Sequence record: PZ527900.1
Reading direction: 5' to 3' (one strand)
Length of the DNA: 44,330 nt
Origin: a phage
Below are positions 8,631-17,884 of the stretch, piece after piece (the first letter of the stretch is position 1; the number at the start of each line of letters is the position of its first letter). The notes under the pieces are model-generated. The model was given only the letters and a program-made list of their open reading frames with translations, was not told the DNA's origin and searched no databases. Position numbers and translations under genes: made by a program.

Positions 8631-8999
8631 ATGTTCGCTATTGAAACTATCGTAAACCGTGTTGTTAAAGGTGCTGCTCTGGTATCCGTTGAGTCTTTCA
8701 TTATCGTCGATGAAGCTGGCTCTCTGGTCGCTGGCACTAAAGCCTATGACACCCGTGAAGAAGCTCAGGCTAAGATTGACAGCATGGGTAACTTCGCTGC
8801 TGGTCTGGAGTTCGCTCGTGCTTGCTTCCCTGAGCAGGCTGACAAAGCTCAAATTGGTAAGGCTAACATCGTAGCTGAATATCTGGACTGGATTGCTGCT
8901 GGTAAACCAGTGAAAGAAGTTAAAGCTGCTGAAGAAGCTGAAGTAGTAGAAGACGTAGCTGCACCGGAAGTACCGGTAAGCGAAGAGGAGGAGTTTTGA
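8631..8999 (+). CDS. hypothetical protein (122 aa), probably highly expressed; acidic C-terminus ending EEEEF
   Basis: AAAGGAG RBS; own promoter (P3) and hairpin terminator (9058); codon choice dominated by GCT, CTG, GAA, GTT, GGT. Confidence 0.65.
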   Translation: MFAIETIVNRVVKGAALVSVESFIIVDEAGSLVAGTKAYDTREEAQAKIDSMGNFAAGLEFARACFPEQADKAQIGKANIVAEYLDWIAAGKPVKEVKAAEEAEVVEDVAAPEVPVSEEEEF

Positions 9000-9057
9000 T
9001 AATAGTAGGTGTTGCCTCTGTTAGTCCTAGTTGACTATCACGCTCACCCATCTAATG

Positions 9058-9090
9058 CCCTGTCTGCCTTAGTGTAGGCAGGGTCTTTTG
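9058..9090 (+). terminator. hairpin plus U-tract terminator
   Basis: CCCTGTCT...AGGCAGGG 8-bp stem followed by TCTTTTG; near-identical in design to the terminator after the capsid gene. Confidence 0.55.
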
Positions 9091-9115
9091 CGTAATAGTT
9101 ATTGGAGAATGAATT

Positions 9116-9388
9116 ATGCCGACTATTGAATCTCGAATTACAATGGACATTAGCTACAATGCAATCACCAGACAATACATTGGAGTGGCCTATGATTACA
9201 AAACTGGTGAGAAGCTAGTGGAGGTGAGACAATGGGATGACTATTGGTTAAGACAGAATCTCCACGATGCGGTGTCCTCCTTCTTGAAGGAGTGGCCTAC
9301 ATGCGACCAAACTTCAACTTCGGAGCTACAGTATCGGAAGACAATAATCTCATCCTGTGGCCAACTGAAGGTAATCGAATCGCTTTAA
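9116..9388 (+). CDS. hypothetical protein (90 aa)
   Basis: GGAG 8 nt upstream; overlaps the start of the exonuclease gene. Confidence 0.4.
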   Translation: MPTIESRITMDISYNAITRQYIGVAYDYKTGEKLVEVRQWDDYWLRQNLHDAVSSFLKEWPTCDQTSTSELQYRKTIISSCGQLKVIESL

Positions 9389-10329
9389 TAGACGCTGATA
9401 TGCTACCCTACATCGTAGGTTATACTATCAGTGACATGACTTATGTACGAGCTACCACTCGTGTTAAGTCAGGACAAGTCCCATCAATCAAAGATACACC
9501 TGAGTGTAAGCAAGCGTGTGACCGTGTGAACTCCTTGCTTAATTCTTGGGTGTATGCAGCAGAGTGTGATGCAGCCAAGTTATTCATGACGAAATCAGAA
9601 GCTAACTTCCGTGTCCGCCTAGCATTCACCAAGCCTTACAAGGGTCAGCGTAAGACCGAGAAGCCTCCATTTTTCTATGAATTGCGAGAGCATCTCTTAG
9701 CGGTTCATGGTGCAATCTTGGCAGATGGTGAAGAAGCAGATGACCTCATGAGCATTGCACAATGGGATAGCCACCGCCGCTTCCAGCAAGATACAGGTAA
9801 CGAGTTTCCTATCGGTAGTCCAGAGCATAAAGCATTCTCTGATACTTGCATCGTTTCCTTAGATAAGGACTTGATGATTGTTCCCGGTTGGCATCTTCAG
9901 CCGGGTCAAGAGAAGAAATGGGTAGAGCCTATGGGTTGGCTTGAGTTACGCCGCAAGGCTAATGGTCAAGTCAAAGACCTAAAAGGTGCAGGCATCATGT
10001 TTCATTACGCACAGATGGTGATTGGTGATGACATTGATAATTATGCTGGCATACCCAGTCGTGGTGCTAAATATGCCTATGACCTTCTCAAAGATTGTAA
10101 GACAGAGAAAGAGTTGTACATGGCAGTGCTTGGTGCTTACAAGGCTAAGTTCGGACATGGACAAGTTAAGATTAAGAATTACCGAGGTGGTTATCGTATC
10201 GGCAAAGCATTTGACCTGATGCTTGAATGTGGTCGCTTGGCTCACATGGCTAGGTTCAAAGGGGATATATGGCGAGCCGATAAGAACCCAATCTTGTGGG
10301 GAGATGATGCGAAATGGTTAGCAAATTAA
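9301..10329 (+). CDS. 5'-3' exonuclease, FEN-like (T7 gp6-like)
   Basis: AAGGAG 8 nt upstream of ATG 9301; N-terminal IALIDADMLPYIVGY resembles the T7 gp6 N-terminus; acidic cluster GEEADDLMSIA; sits upstream of endonuclease VII. Confidence 0.8.
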   Translation: MRPNFNFGATVSEDNNLILWPTEGNRIALIDADMLPYIVGYTISDMTYVRATTRVKSGQVPSIKDTPECKQACDRVNSLLNSWVYAAECDAAKLFMTKSEANFRVRLAFTKPYKGQRKTEKPPFFYELREHLLAVHGAILADGEEADDLMSIAQWDSHRRFQQDTGNEFPIGSPEHKAFSDTCIVSLDKDLMIVPGWHLQPGQEKKWVEPMGWLELRRKANGQVKDLKGAGIMFHYAQMVIGDDIDNYAGIPSRGAKYAYDLLKDCKTEKELYMAVLGAYKAKFGHGQVKIKNYRGGYRIGKAFDLMLECGRLAHMARFKGDIWRADKNPILWGDDAKWLAN

Positions 10330-10724
10330 AAGCATCGGAGGTGGCAGCTTATAAGAAGGAATTACTAGACAAGCAAGGGTGGAGGTGTCCACTATGCGGT
10401 GGTAGTCTCAAGGCTGTTACTCCTGTAAACCGTGTACTTGACCATGACCATGAGACAGGCTTCTGTCGTGCTGTTGTATGCCGAGGGTGCAACGGTGCAG
10501 AGGGAAAGATTAAGGGTGTTATCTCTGGTTATGGTAAGGCGGGCAATAATCGTTACTTCCAGCTTCAATGGTTAGAGCGACTGTATGAATACTGGAAGTT
10601 ACATAGTACGCCTCAGACAGATAAGTTATATCACAAACATCAAACGGAGGCAGAGAAGCGCGAGGCTAAGAACCGTAAGGCACGCCTTGCTTATGCAAGA
10701 AAGAAGGAGGTTAAAGTTGGGTAA
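10314..10724 (+). CDS. endonuclease VII-type Holliday-junction resolvase
   Basis: CPLCGG...DHDHETGFCRAVVCRGCNGAEG matches the zinc-binding H-N-H signature of the T4 endonuclease VII family. Confidence 0.8.
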   Translation: MVSKLKASEVAAYKKELLDKQGWRCPLCGGSLKAVTPVNRVLDHDHETGFCRAVVCRGCNGAEGKIKGVISGYGKAGNNRYFQLQWLERLYEYWKLHSTPQTDKLYHKHQTEAEKREAKNRKARLAYARKKEVKVG

Positions 10725-11724
10725 GCTTCGCAGCTTGTACAAAGACTCCGAGGTACTTGATGCAATCGAGCAAGCTACCGACGAGAAAGGTAATGTTAAC
10801 TACAATGAGATGGCACGTATATTATCGTGTCACCCTGTGGGTAAGAAGATTACCCGCCAATTGGCTCGATACTGGCATGGTCAATTCAAGAAGACCAAGA
10901 AGAATGGTGATTATTACCAGACTCTTCTGCAAGAAGATAAGCGTATCAAAGAAGAGCGTAAGCTCAGGACTCCTGACCGCTACGAGGATTTGGCTATTGT
11001 ACCATTGCCTGACTCGCCTCATCGAAGTGTACTGGTAATACCTGATACTCATGCACCTTATGAGCACCCAGATGCTTTAGAATTCCTTGCAGCAGTTGCA
11101 GCACGTTATCGTCCAGACACTGTGGTTCATTTGGGGGATGAGGCGGATAAACATGCCTTGTCATTCCACGATTCGGACCCAAATCTAGATAGTGCTGGCA
11201 TGGAGTTAGAAAAGGCTCGTGTCTTCATGCACAAGTTGCACAAGATGTTCCCTGTGATGCGCCTGTGTCATTCTAATCACGGCTCTATGCACTTCCGTAA
11301 GGCGAGCGCCAAAGGTATCCCTGTGCAATATCTGCGTACCTACCGTGAAGTCTTCTTCCCAAATGGAGGTGGCGACCAGTGGGATTGGCAGCACACTCAT
11401 GTACTTGAATTGCCGAACGGTGAACAGGTAGCGTTCAAGCATCAACCTGCTGGCTCTGTCCTAGCAGATGCAGCACATGAGCGTATGAATCTAGTGTGTG
11501 GACATTTGCACGGTAAGATGTCTGTGGAGTATGCACGTAATACTCATGAGCAATACTGGGCGGTGCAGGGTGGCTGTCTGATTGATGAGTCGTCTCGTGC
11601 ATTCGCCTATGGTCGTGAGTCTAAGTACAAGCCAGCATTAGGTTGTGTGGTTATTCTGGATGGTGTGCCGCACATTGTCCCGATGCAAACCAATAGTGAC
11701 AATCGCTGGATTGGCAAGATTTAG
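10693..11724 (+). CDS. calcineurin-like metallophosphatase
   Basis: Motifs VIPDTHAPYEH (DxH), HLGDEADKH (GDxxD) and HSNHG (GNH-like). Start uncertain: ATG 10693 has a weak RBS, whereas in-frame TTG 10717 has AAGGAGG 6 nt upstream. Confidence 0.7.
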   Translation: MQERRRLKLGKLRSLYKDSEVLDAIEQATDEKGNVNYNEMARILSCHPVGKKITRQLARYWHGQFKKTKKNGDYYQTLLQEDKRIKEERKLRTPDRYEDLAIVPLPDSPHRSVLVIPDTHAPYEHPDALEFLAAVAARYRPDTVVHLGDEADKHALSFHDSDPNLDSAGMELEKARVFMHKLHKMFPVMRLCHSNHGSMHFRKASAKGIPVQYLRTYREVFFPNGGGDQWDWQHTHVLELPNGEQVAFKHQPAGSVLADAAHERMNLVCGHLHGKMSVEYARNTHEQYWAVQGGCLIDESSRAFAYGRESKYKPALGCVVILDGVPHIVPMQTNSDNRWIGKI

Positions 11725-11741
11725 GTGACACTATAGAACAA
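11719..11741 (+). promoter_or_regulatory. phage RNAP promoter P4 (identical to the SP6 promoter core)
   Basis: ATTTAGGTGACACTATAGAACA; followed by hairpin GGGCAGGTAGTGGCTTGCCC at the transcript 5' end. Confidence 0.8.
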
Positions 11742-11791
11742 AGGGCAGGTAGTGGCTTGCCCTTGATTGTATAGTGAGTGGAGGAGTTAAT

Positions 11792-12130
11792 ATGTTACAG
11801 CATCATTATGACAATACCTGTATGGCCTGCTTAGGAGAAGGTGAAGGGTACCTGCATACTTGCAAAGGCCCGGTTAAGTCCAACATGTTGGACAACAATA
11901 TGGTTACTAAGCCGAAGCACTATGAGTTCTTCGAAGGTGTAGAGGCAATCACTATCATTGCCCGTAGCATGACCGAGAAGCAATTCGCTGGGTATTGCAT
12001 GGGTAACGCTTTGAAGTATCGCCTGCGTGCAGGTAAGAAATTCAACACTGAAGAAGACCTGAAGAAAGCAGACTACTACAAAGAGTTATTCCAGAAGCAT
12101 CGTCACGAATGTATTGATGAGGATATTTGA
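11792..12130 (+). CDS. DUF3310-like phage protein (112 aa)
   Basis: GGAGGAG 5 nt upstream of ATG; PKHYEF...GNALKYRLRAGKK...DLKKADYY pattern typical of the DUF3310 family (recalled). Confidence 0.55.
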   Translation: MLQHHYDNTCMACLGEGEGYLHTCKGPVKSNMLDNNMVTKPKHYEFFEGVEAITIIARSMTEKQFAGYCMGNALKYRLRAGKKFNTEEDLKKADYYKELFQKHRHECIDEDI

Positions 12131-12131
12131 T

Positions 12132-13079
12132 ATGAATATCTTTGAGTTCCTAGGGCTTCCAGAAGACCACCGCAGCCACCCATTCATGTTGGTGAAACAT
12201 CGTGGTGAAGTTCCTGAGAAGAAATTAAACTTTCCATGTTATGCACAGGTGAAACGAGATGGGATATTTAGTGCTGTTGTGGTCCGTAATGATGGTGCTG
12301 TTGCCATCTTTGGTCGTACTGGTAAAAAGCTCGCAAATGTTGAAGACTTGGAAAAGCTATTTAGTATATTTCCTGTCGGGTTGTATCTTGGTGAGTTGCA
12401 ATCTATGGCTGTTGGTGTATATCTTGAAGCTCTATCGGGAGTAGTAAACCCTAATCGTACAGAGCCACTTGATTTCATAGGGCAGCAGATTAAAGACAAC
12501 CTGTATATCGACTTCTTCGATATGTTAACCATTAAGGCATTCCATGATGGATTCACTGATGTTTCTTATCTCAAACGTTACGATGCTTTACATCGTCGCA
12601 TCGGCGCTCATCTTAGCGGGAACAACGCTATCCTTCCTATCACCCCTTGCCATAATGAGCGAGATGTTGAAGCGTTTGCGCAAGAGCAAATAGATGCAGG
12701 CCGAGAGGGTGCTGTATTTAAACTTGATGTGGAGTATGAAAGTGGGCACAAGGGCTATCGTCAAACGAAGATCGTGCGTATGGTATCTTACGACCTCACC
12801 TGCATTGGGTGGGAGGAGGGAAAAGGTAAGTATAAAGGTAAGGTAGCTAACCTCATTTTCAAATGGAAAGGAGGCAAGACAATCAAAGCTATGTTAGGTA
12901 AAGGGTGGACTCATGCAGATGCAGAACAGATGTTCCACGATATTAAACATGGCGGACGATTGAATGTCATTGGTAAAATCTTTGAAGTAAAAGGTCTTCA
13001 GGATTCAAGCAAGGGCAACATTCGTCTGCCCAAAGCGGGAGAATTAAGACATGACAAAGATGAACCAGATTTCTTTTGA
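12132..13079 (+). CDS. ATP-dependent DNA ligase
   Basis: Motif I VKRDG (adenylation Lys), motif IV REGAVFK; size and position as for T7-like ligases. Confidence 0.8.
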   Translation: MNIFEFLGLPEDHRSHPFMLVKHRGEVPEKKLNFPCYAQVKRDGIFSAVVVRNDGAVAIFGRTGKKLANVEDLEKLFSIFPVGLYLGELQSMAVGVYLEALSGVVNPNRTEPLDFIGQQIKDNLYIDFFDMLTIKAFHDGFTDVSYLKRYDALHRRIGAHLSGNNAILPITPCHNERDVEAFAQEQIDAGREGAVFKLDVEYESGHKGYRQTKIVRMVSYDLTCIGWEEGKGKYKGKVANLIFKWKGGKTIKAMLGKGWTHADAEQMFHDIKHGGRLNVIGKIFEVKGLQDSSKGNIRLPKAGELRHDKDEPDFF

Positions 13080-13266
13080 TTCCATGAAGGCAACTCGTGC
13101 CGTTGAGGTGGCAGAGGCTATCTTTGAAACTCTATCTTGTGGCATGGAAGTGCCATATAACTTACTGGCTGATGCAGAAGAACTTGGTCTTTCTGTAGAA
13201 GCTATCCAAGAGAAGGTTGACGAATTATATGGTACAGACGAAGAAGAAACCGACGATTTCATTTGA
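13051..13266 (+). CDS. hypothetical acidic protein (71 aa)
   Basis: ORF overlapping the ligase 3' end; acidic C-terminus DEEETDDFI. Confidence 0.4.
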   Translation: MTKMNQISFDSMKATRAVEVAEAIFETLSCGMEVPYNLLADAEELGLSVEAIQEKVDELYGTDEEETDDFI

Positions 13267-13399
13267 AGGAATGGAGATGCTTGAGATGATTCTCAAGCCT
13301 TCTTCTCCGAAGGTGACTAAGACTCACGAAGAGTTAATCGTAGATGAAGTGAAGCGTTACATTATGGATTGTGTTAGAGCACAACTGGTGGTCCAATGA
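13229..13399 (+). CDS. hypothetical protein (56 aa), weak
   Basis: First in-frame ATG of track ORF 13217-13399; no good RBS. Confidence 0.25.
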   Translation: MVQTKKKPTISFEGMEMLEMILKPSSPKVTKTHEELIVDEVKRYIMDCVRAQLVVQ

Positions 13400-13857
13400 T
13401 ACGTCCAGCTTCTTTCCTAGATATTCCTGAGATTATAAACCTTGGGAATAAATATGTGGAAGAGGAAGTCAAGGTGGTGGCCCATCACTCAGCCTCATGG
13501 AATGCAGAACAAAGCGCACATAACCTTTGTGTATCTCTTAGTAGAGAAGATTTATTCCTATGGGTGGCTGTAGATGAAGGGCAGATTGTAGGGTTCCTGT
13601 GGGCTGGCTATCACGAGTTGGCCCCTTGGACACCTGTAAGAGTTGCCTCTGACATTCTCTTTTACATTATACCAGAGAAGCGAGGGACACTGCTCGGTAT
13701 GCGTCTCATCAAGGCTCTTAAACAATGGGCCAATGAGAGTGAATGCTCTGAGGTTCGTCTATCTATCGCCTCTGGTATCAATGAAGAACGTGTCGGACGT
13801 ATGTATAAGCGACTTGGCTTTGAACCGTTTGGCACTGTGTATAACCTGAAGTTCTAA
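13396..13857 (+). CDS. GNAT-family N-acetyltransferase (putative)
   Basis: EKRGTLLGMRL...YKRLGFEP resembles the acetyl-CoA-binding motif A and C-terminal motif of GNAT enzymes. Confidence 0.55.
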   Translation: MIRPASFLDIPEIINLGNKYVEEEVKVVAHHSASWNAEQSAHNLCVSLSREDLFLWVAVDEGQIVGFLWAGYHELAPWTPVRVASDILFYIIPEKRGTLLGMRLIKALKQWANESECSEVRLSIASGINEERVGRMYKRLGFEPFGTVYNLKF

Positions 13858-13866
13858 GGAGATAAC

Positions 13867-14076
13867 ATGGGTGTTGTAAAGAAAGCATTTAAGGCTGTCG
13901 GTCTTGCTCAAGATGCACCACGTATTGAAGCTAAAGTCCCAGCGCAACAGCTTGAGCGTAAACCTGAGACAGAAGCTGAAGATATTCAGATTGGTGCAGG
14001 TGAGGATGACGCCACTGCATCTGCAAAAGGAAAACGGGGTCTTGTCCGTCCAGTAGCCTCTAGCTTGAAGGTGTAA
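13867..14076 (+). CDS. hypothetical small protein (69 aa) upstream of portal
   Basis: TAAGGAG RBS; same position as the small gp6.7/gp7.3-type virion proteins of T7. Confidence 0.5.
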   Translation: MGVVKKAFKAVGLAQDAPRIEAKVPAQQLERKPETEAEDIQIGAGEDDATASAKGKRGLVRPVASSLKV

Positions 14077-14077
14077 T

Positions 14078-15628
14078 ATGAAACAGAGCACAGATTTGGA
14101 GTATGGAGGTAAGCAGTCTAAGATACCTAAGCTATGGGAGAAATTCTCCAATAAACGTAGCTCTTTCCTTGATAGGGCAAAGCATTACTCCAGACTAACC
14201 TTGCCCTATCTGATGAATGACAAAGGTGATAACGAGACTTCGCAGAATGGATGGCAAGGTGTAGGTGCTCAAGCAACTAACCATCTAGCCAACAAGCTGG
14301 CGCAAGTGCTATTCCCTGCACAGCGTTCCTTCTTCCGTGTAGACTTGACTGCACAAGGTGAGAAGGTTCTTAATCAGCGTGGTCTGAAGAAGACAGAGCT
14401 AGCTACTATCTTTGCTCAAGTGGAAACACGGGCAATGAAAGAGTTAGAGCAACGTCAATTCCGGCCTGCTGTGGTAGAGGCATTCAAGCATCTTATTGTT
14501 GCTGGTAGTTGTATGCTATACAAGCCAAGTAAAGGTGCAATCAGTGCTATCCCGATGCATCATTATGTAGTTAACCGTGATACTAATGGCGACCTGTTAG
14601 ACATTATCTTGCTACAAGAGAAAGCCTTACGCACCTTTGACCCAGCTACACGTGCTGTAGTAGAGGTTGGCTTGAAAGGTAAGAAGTGCAAGGAAGATGA
14701 CAGCATTAAGCTATACACACATGCTAAGTATCTTGGTGATGGATTTTGGGAACTCAAGCAATCTGCTGATGATATTCCTGTCGGTAAGGTAAGTAAAATC
14801 AAATCAGAAAAGCTACCTTTCATTCCACTGACTTGGAAGAGAAGCTATGGTGAGGATTGGGGTCGCCCTCTTGCAGAGGATTACTCCGGCGATTTATTCG
14901 TTATCCAATTCTTATCTGAAGCGGTTGCCCGTGGTGCTGCATTGATGGCAGACATCAAGTACCTGATTCGTCCGGGTGCGCAGACTGATGTTGATCACTT
15001 TGTTAACTCTGGCACTGGTGAGGTTGTCACTGGTGTAGAAGAGGACATCCATATTGTACAGTTAGGTAAGTACGCAGACCTCACACCTATTAGCGCGGTT
15101 CTAGAGGTGTATACTCGCCGTATCGGTGTTGTCTTCATGATGGAGACAATGACACGCCGTGATGCCGAACGTGTTACTGCTGTAGAAATCCAGCGAGATG
15201 CGTTAGAGATTGAGCAGAACATGGGTGGTGTATATTCCCTCTTTGCTACTACTATGCAATCGCCAGTAGCGATGTGGGGTCTGCTGGAGGCAGGAGAGTC
15301 CTTTACTAGTGAACTAGTGGACCCTGTGATTGTCACAGGTATTGAAGCATTGGGTCGCATGGCTGAACTGGATAAGTTGGCAAACTTTGCCCAGTACATG
15401 TCGTTGCCTCTGCAATGGCCTGAGCCTGTCATAGCTGCTGTGAAATGGCCTGACTATATGGATTGGGTGCGTGGTCAAATCTCTGCTGAACTGCCATTCC
15501 TTAAATCGGCTGGAGAGATGGCACAAGAGCAGGAAGCACAGATGCAAGCACAGCAAGCACAGATGCTTGAAGAAGGTGTGGCTAAGGCCGTACCGGGTGT
15601 AATTCAACAAGAACTTAAGGAGGCGTAA
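14078..15628 (+). CDS. head-tail connector (portal) protein, T7 gp8-like
   Basis: WQGVGAQATNHLANKLAQVLFP and RDAERVTAVEIQRDALEIEQNMGGVYSLF match conserved T7 gp8 segments as recalled; 516 aa. Confidence 0.9.
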   Translation: MKQSTDLEYGGKQSKIPKLWEKFSNKRSSFLDRAKHYSRLTLPYLMNDKGDNETSQNGWQGVGAQATNHLANKLAQVLFPAQRSFFRVDLTAQGEKVLNQRGLKKTELATIFAQVETRAMKELEQRQFRPAVVEAFKHLIVAGSCMLYKPSKGAISAIPMHHYVVNRDTNGDLLDIILLQEKALRTFDPATRAVVEVGLKGKKCKEDDSIKLYTHAKYLGDGFWELKQSADDIPVGKVSKIKSEKLPFIPLTWKRSYGEDWGRPLAEDYSGDLFVIQFLSEAVARGAALMADIKYLIRPGAQTDVDHFVNSGTGEVVTGVEEDIHIVQLGKYADLTPISAVLEVYTRRIGVVFMMETMTRRDAERVTAVEIQRDALEIEQNMGGVYSLFATTMQSPVAMWGLLEAGESFTSELVDPVIVTGIEALGRMAELDKLANFAQYMSLPLQWPEPVIAAVKWPDYMDWVRGQISAELPFLKSAGEMAQEQEAQMQAQQAQMLEEGVAKAVPGVIQQELKEA

Positions 15629-16548
15629 TGTCTTTCTCATTTACTGAACCGTCAACAACTCATCCTACTGCTGAAGAGAATCCGGTAGAAACCAAGGAGG
15701 TAACAACTGATGCTGCTACTACTGATACTCCTGCTGACACTGGCACTGATGTACAAGATGACAATGCTGGTGCACAATCTGCTGAAGACACCGGAGGAGA
15801 AACCCCTGGACAGCCTTCAGAAGAAGGAAACAATGGCGGAGAGAATGGTGAATCTAAGCCAGATGATACCGCGACCGATGCTGAGGAAGTGCAATACTTC
15901 TTCGGAGAGCATGAAGTAACAGTAGACATCCCACAGGATGTGACTGATAGTCTTAAAGAGAAAGGTATTGATGCTAAGCAGGTTGCCAAGGAACTCTATG
16001 CCAAAGATGGCAAGTTTGAACTGTCCGATGTAACCAAGCAGAAGTTGTATGATGCCTTTGGCAAGTTTGCAGTAGATGCCTACTTGTCTGGTCTGAAAGC
16101 GCAGAATGAGGCCTTCTTCCTGAAGGAAGCCAATGCTGCAAAGGAACTTGAAAAAGCGAATACTCAGCGCTTCTCTGATGTTTCCAAGGAAGTTGGTGGT
16201 GAAGAAGGCTGGTCCCGCCTTGAGGCGTGGGCGCTTGAAGCACTGTCCGATGACGAACTTACGGCCTTCAATGAGGTTATGGCTTCTGGCAACCAGTACC
16301 TCCAGCAGTACGCTGTGCGCGAACTGGAGGGTCGCCGTAAGGCTGCACAAGGTGATGACAAGCCAAACCTGATTGAGCCTACTGCACCTGCTGCCGCATC
16401 GGAAGACAACGGCCCGCTTTCTCGTGAGCAATATATCCGTGAGATGATGACTCTTAGCAGTCGCTTCGGTAAGGATAAGAAGGCGGCTGCGGAATATCAG
16501 GCTCAGCTGGATGCACGCCGCCGGGCGGGTATGGCTCGCGGATTGTAA
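15628..16548 (+). CDS. capsid assembly (scaffolding) protein
   Basis: Acidic, low-complexity N-terminus; sits between portal and capsid as T7 gp9 does. Confidence 0.8.
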   Translation: MSFSFTEPSTTHPTAEENPVETKEVTTDAATTDTPADTGTDVQDDNAGAQSAEDTGGETPGQPSEEGNNGGENGESKPDDTATDAEEVQYFFGEHEVTVDIPQDVTDSLKEKGIDAKQVAKELYAKDGKFELSDVTKQKLYDAFGKFAVDAYLSGLKAQNEAFFLKEANAAKELEKANTQRFSDVSKEVGGEEGWSRLEAWALEALSDDELTAFNEVMASGNQYLQQYAVRELEGRRKAAQGDDKPNLIEPTAPAAASEDNGPLSREQYIREMMTLSSRFGKDKKAAAEYQAQLDARRRAGMARGL

Positions 16549-16552
16549 TTCA

Positions 16553-16578
16553 GTATTTACTGGACACTATAGAAGGGA
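16553..16578 (+). promoter_or_regulatory. phage RNAP promoter P5 (capsid promoter)
   Basis: TATTTACTGGACACTATAGAAGGGAGA. Confidence 0.8.
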
Positions 16579-16627
16579 GAAATATCTCCCTAAATTATCA
16601 ATTTGATTTATAAGGAGACCATAATAC

Positions 16628-17830
16628 ATGTCTACACCGAATACTCTGACTAACGTTGCTGTATCCGCATCTGGTGAGGTTGACAGCCTTCTTATTGAGA
16701 AGTTTAATGGTAAGGTCAATGAGCAGTACATGAAAGGTGAGAACATTCTTTCCTACTTTGATGTACAGACCGTAACTGGTACAAACACTGTTAGTAATAA
16801 ATATTTAGGCGAGACTGAGTTGCAGGTGTTAGCACCGGGTCAGTCTCCTAATGCTACCCCGACTCAGGCAGATAAAAACCAGCTGGTAATTGATACCACT
16901 GTTATTGCCCGTAACACTGTGGCACATATCCATGATGTGCAAGGTGACATTGATAGCCTGAAACCTAAGCTGGCTATGAACCAAGCCAAGCAACTTAAGC
17001 GTCTGGAAGATCAGATGGCAATTCAGCAGATGCTGTTGGGTGGTATTGCTAACACCAAAGCAAAGCGCAATAAGCCTCGTGTAAAAGGTCATGGCTTCTC
17101 TATCAACGTCAACATTACTGAGAGCGAAGCACTTTCTAACCCACAGTATGTCATGGCTGCTGTGGAGTATGCTCTGGAACAACAGCTTGAGCAGGAAGTG
17201 GATATCTCTGATGTAGCTATTCTGATGCCATGGAAATTCTTCAATGCGCTGCGTGATGCAGATCGCATTGTAGATAAGACTTACACTATTAGTCAGTCTG
17301 GTAGTACGGTACAAGGCTTTGTATTGTCTTCTTACAATTGCCCTGTTATCCCGTCTAACCGTTTCCCAACCTTTGCACAAGGTGCAGCCCACCACCTGTT
17401 ATCTAATGCAGATAACGGGTATCGCTATGACCCGACAGCAGAGATGAATGGTGCAGTTGCTGTACTGTTTACAGCGGATGCGTTGTTAGTCGGTCGTACC
17501 ATTGATGTAACTGGCGACATCTTCTATGAGAAGAAAGAGAAGACCTACTACATCGATACCTTCATGGCAGAGGGTGCAATCCCAGACCGCTGGGAAGCTG
17601 TGTCTGTAGTTACAACCAAACGCAACACCACCACTGGTGTGGCTGAGGCTGGTGGTACTGATCACGCCACCGTTCTGTCTCGTGCACAGCGCAAGGCTGT
17701 ATACGTCAAGAGTGCAAACCCTACAGCAGCTGCAGTCGCTGCGAGCCTGCCTGCTGAAGACTTGGTTGCTGCCGTTCGTGCTGTAATTGCTAAGGACATT
17801 AAACCTGCTGCGATGACAACTGCTGTGTAA
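16628..17830 (+). CDS. major capsid protein
   Basis: 400 aa; own promoter and terminator; AAGGAG RBS; position between scaffold and tail tube genes. Confidence 0.9.
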   Translation: MSTPNTLTNVAVSASGEVDSLLIEKFNGKVNEQYMKGENILSYFDVQTVTGTNTVSNKYLGETELQVLAPGQSPNATPTQADKNQLVIDTTVIARNTVAHIHDVQGDIDSLKPKLAMNQAKQLKRLEDQMAIQQMLLGGIANTKAKRNKPRVKGHGFSINVNITESEALSNPQYVMAAVEYALEQQLEQEVDISDVAILMPWKFFNALRDADRIVDKTYTISQSGSTVQGFVLSSYNCPVIPSNRFPTFAQGAAHHLLSNADNGYRYDPTAEMNGAVAVLFTADALLVGRTIDVTGDIFYEKKEKTYYIDTFMAEGAIPDRWEAVSVVTTKRNTTTGVAEAGGTDHATVLSRAQRKAVYVKSANPTAAAVAASLPAEDLVAAVRAVIAKDIKPAAMTTAV

Positions 17831-17838
17831 TACCTATG

Positions 17839-17872
17839 CCCTATCTACCTTGCGTAGGTAGGGTTCTTTTTG
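17839..17872 (+). terminator. hairpin plus U-tract terminator after the capsid gene
   Basis: CCCTATCT...AGGTAGGG stem followed by TTCTTTTTG. Confidence 0.6.
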
Positions 17873-17884
17873 TTAGGAGGATTC

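Noticed and set aside
10585-10692. ORF-track start of the metallophosphatase at 10585
   Set aside because: It would overlap 140 nt of the endonuclease VII gene; starts near the endonuclease stop (ATG 10693 or TTG 10717) are more plausible.
11761-11790. T7-promoter-like ACTCACTATA on the minus strand
   Set aside because: Only a 10-nt partial match, antisense to all genes, and the resident polymerase is SP6-type.
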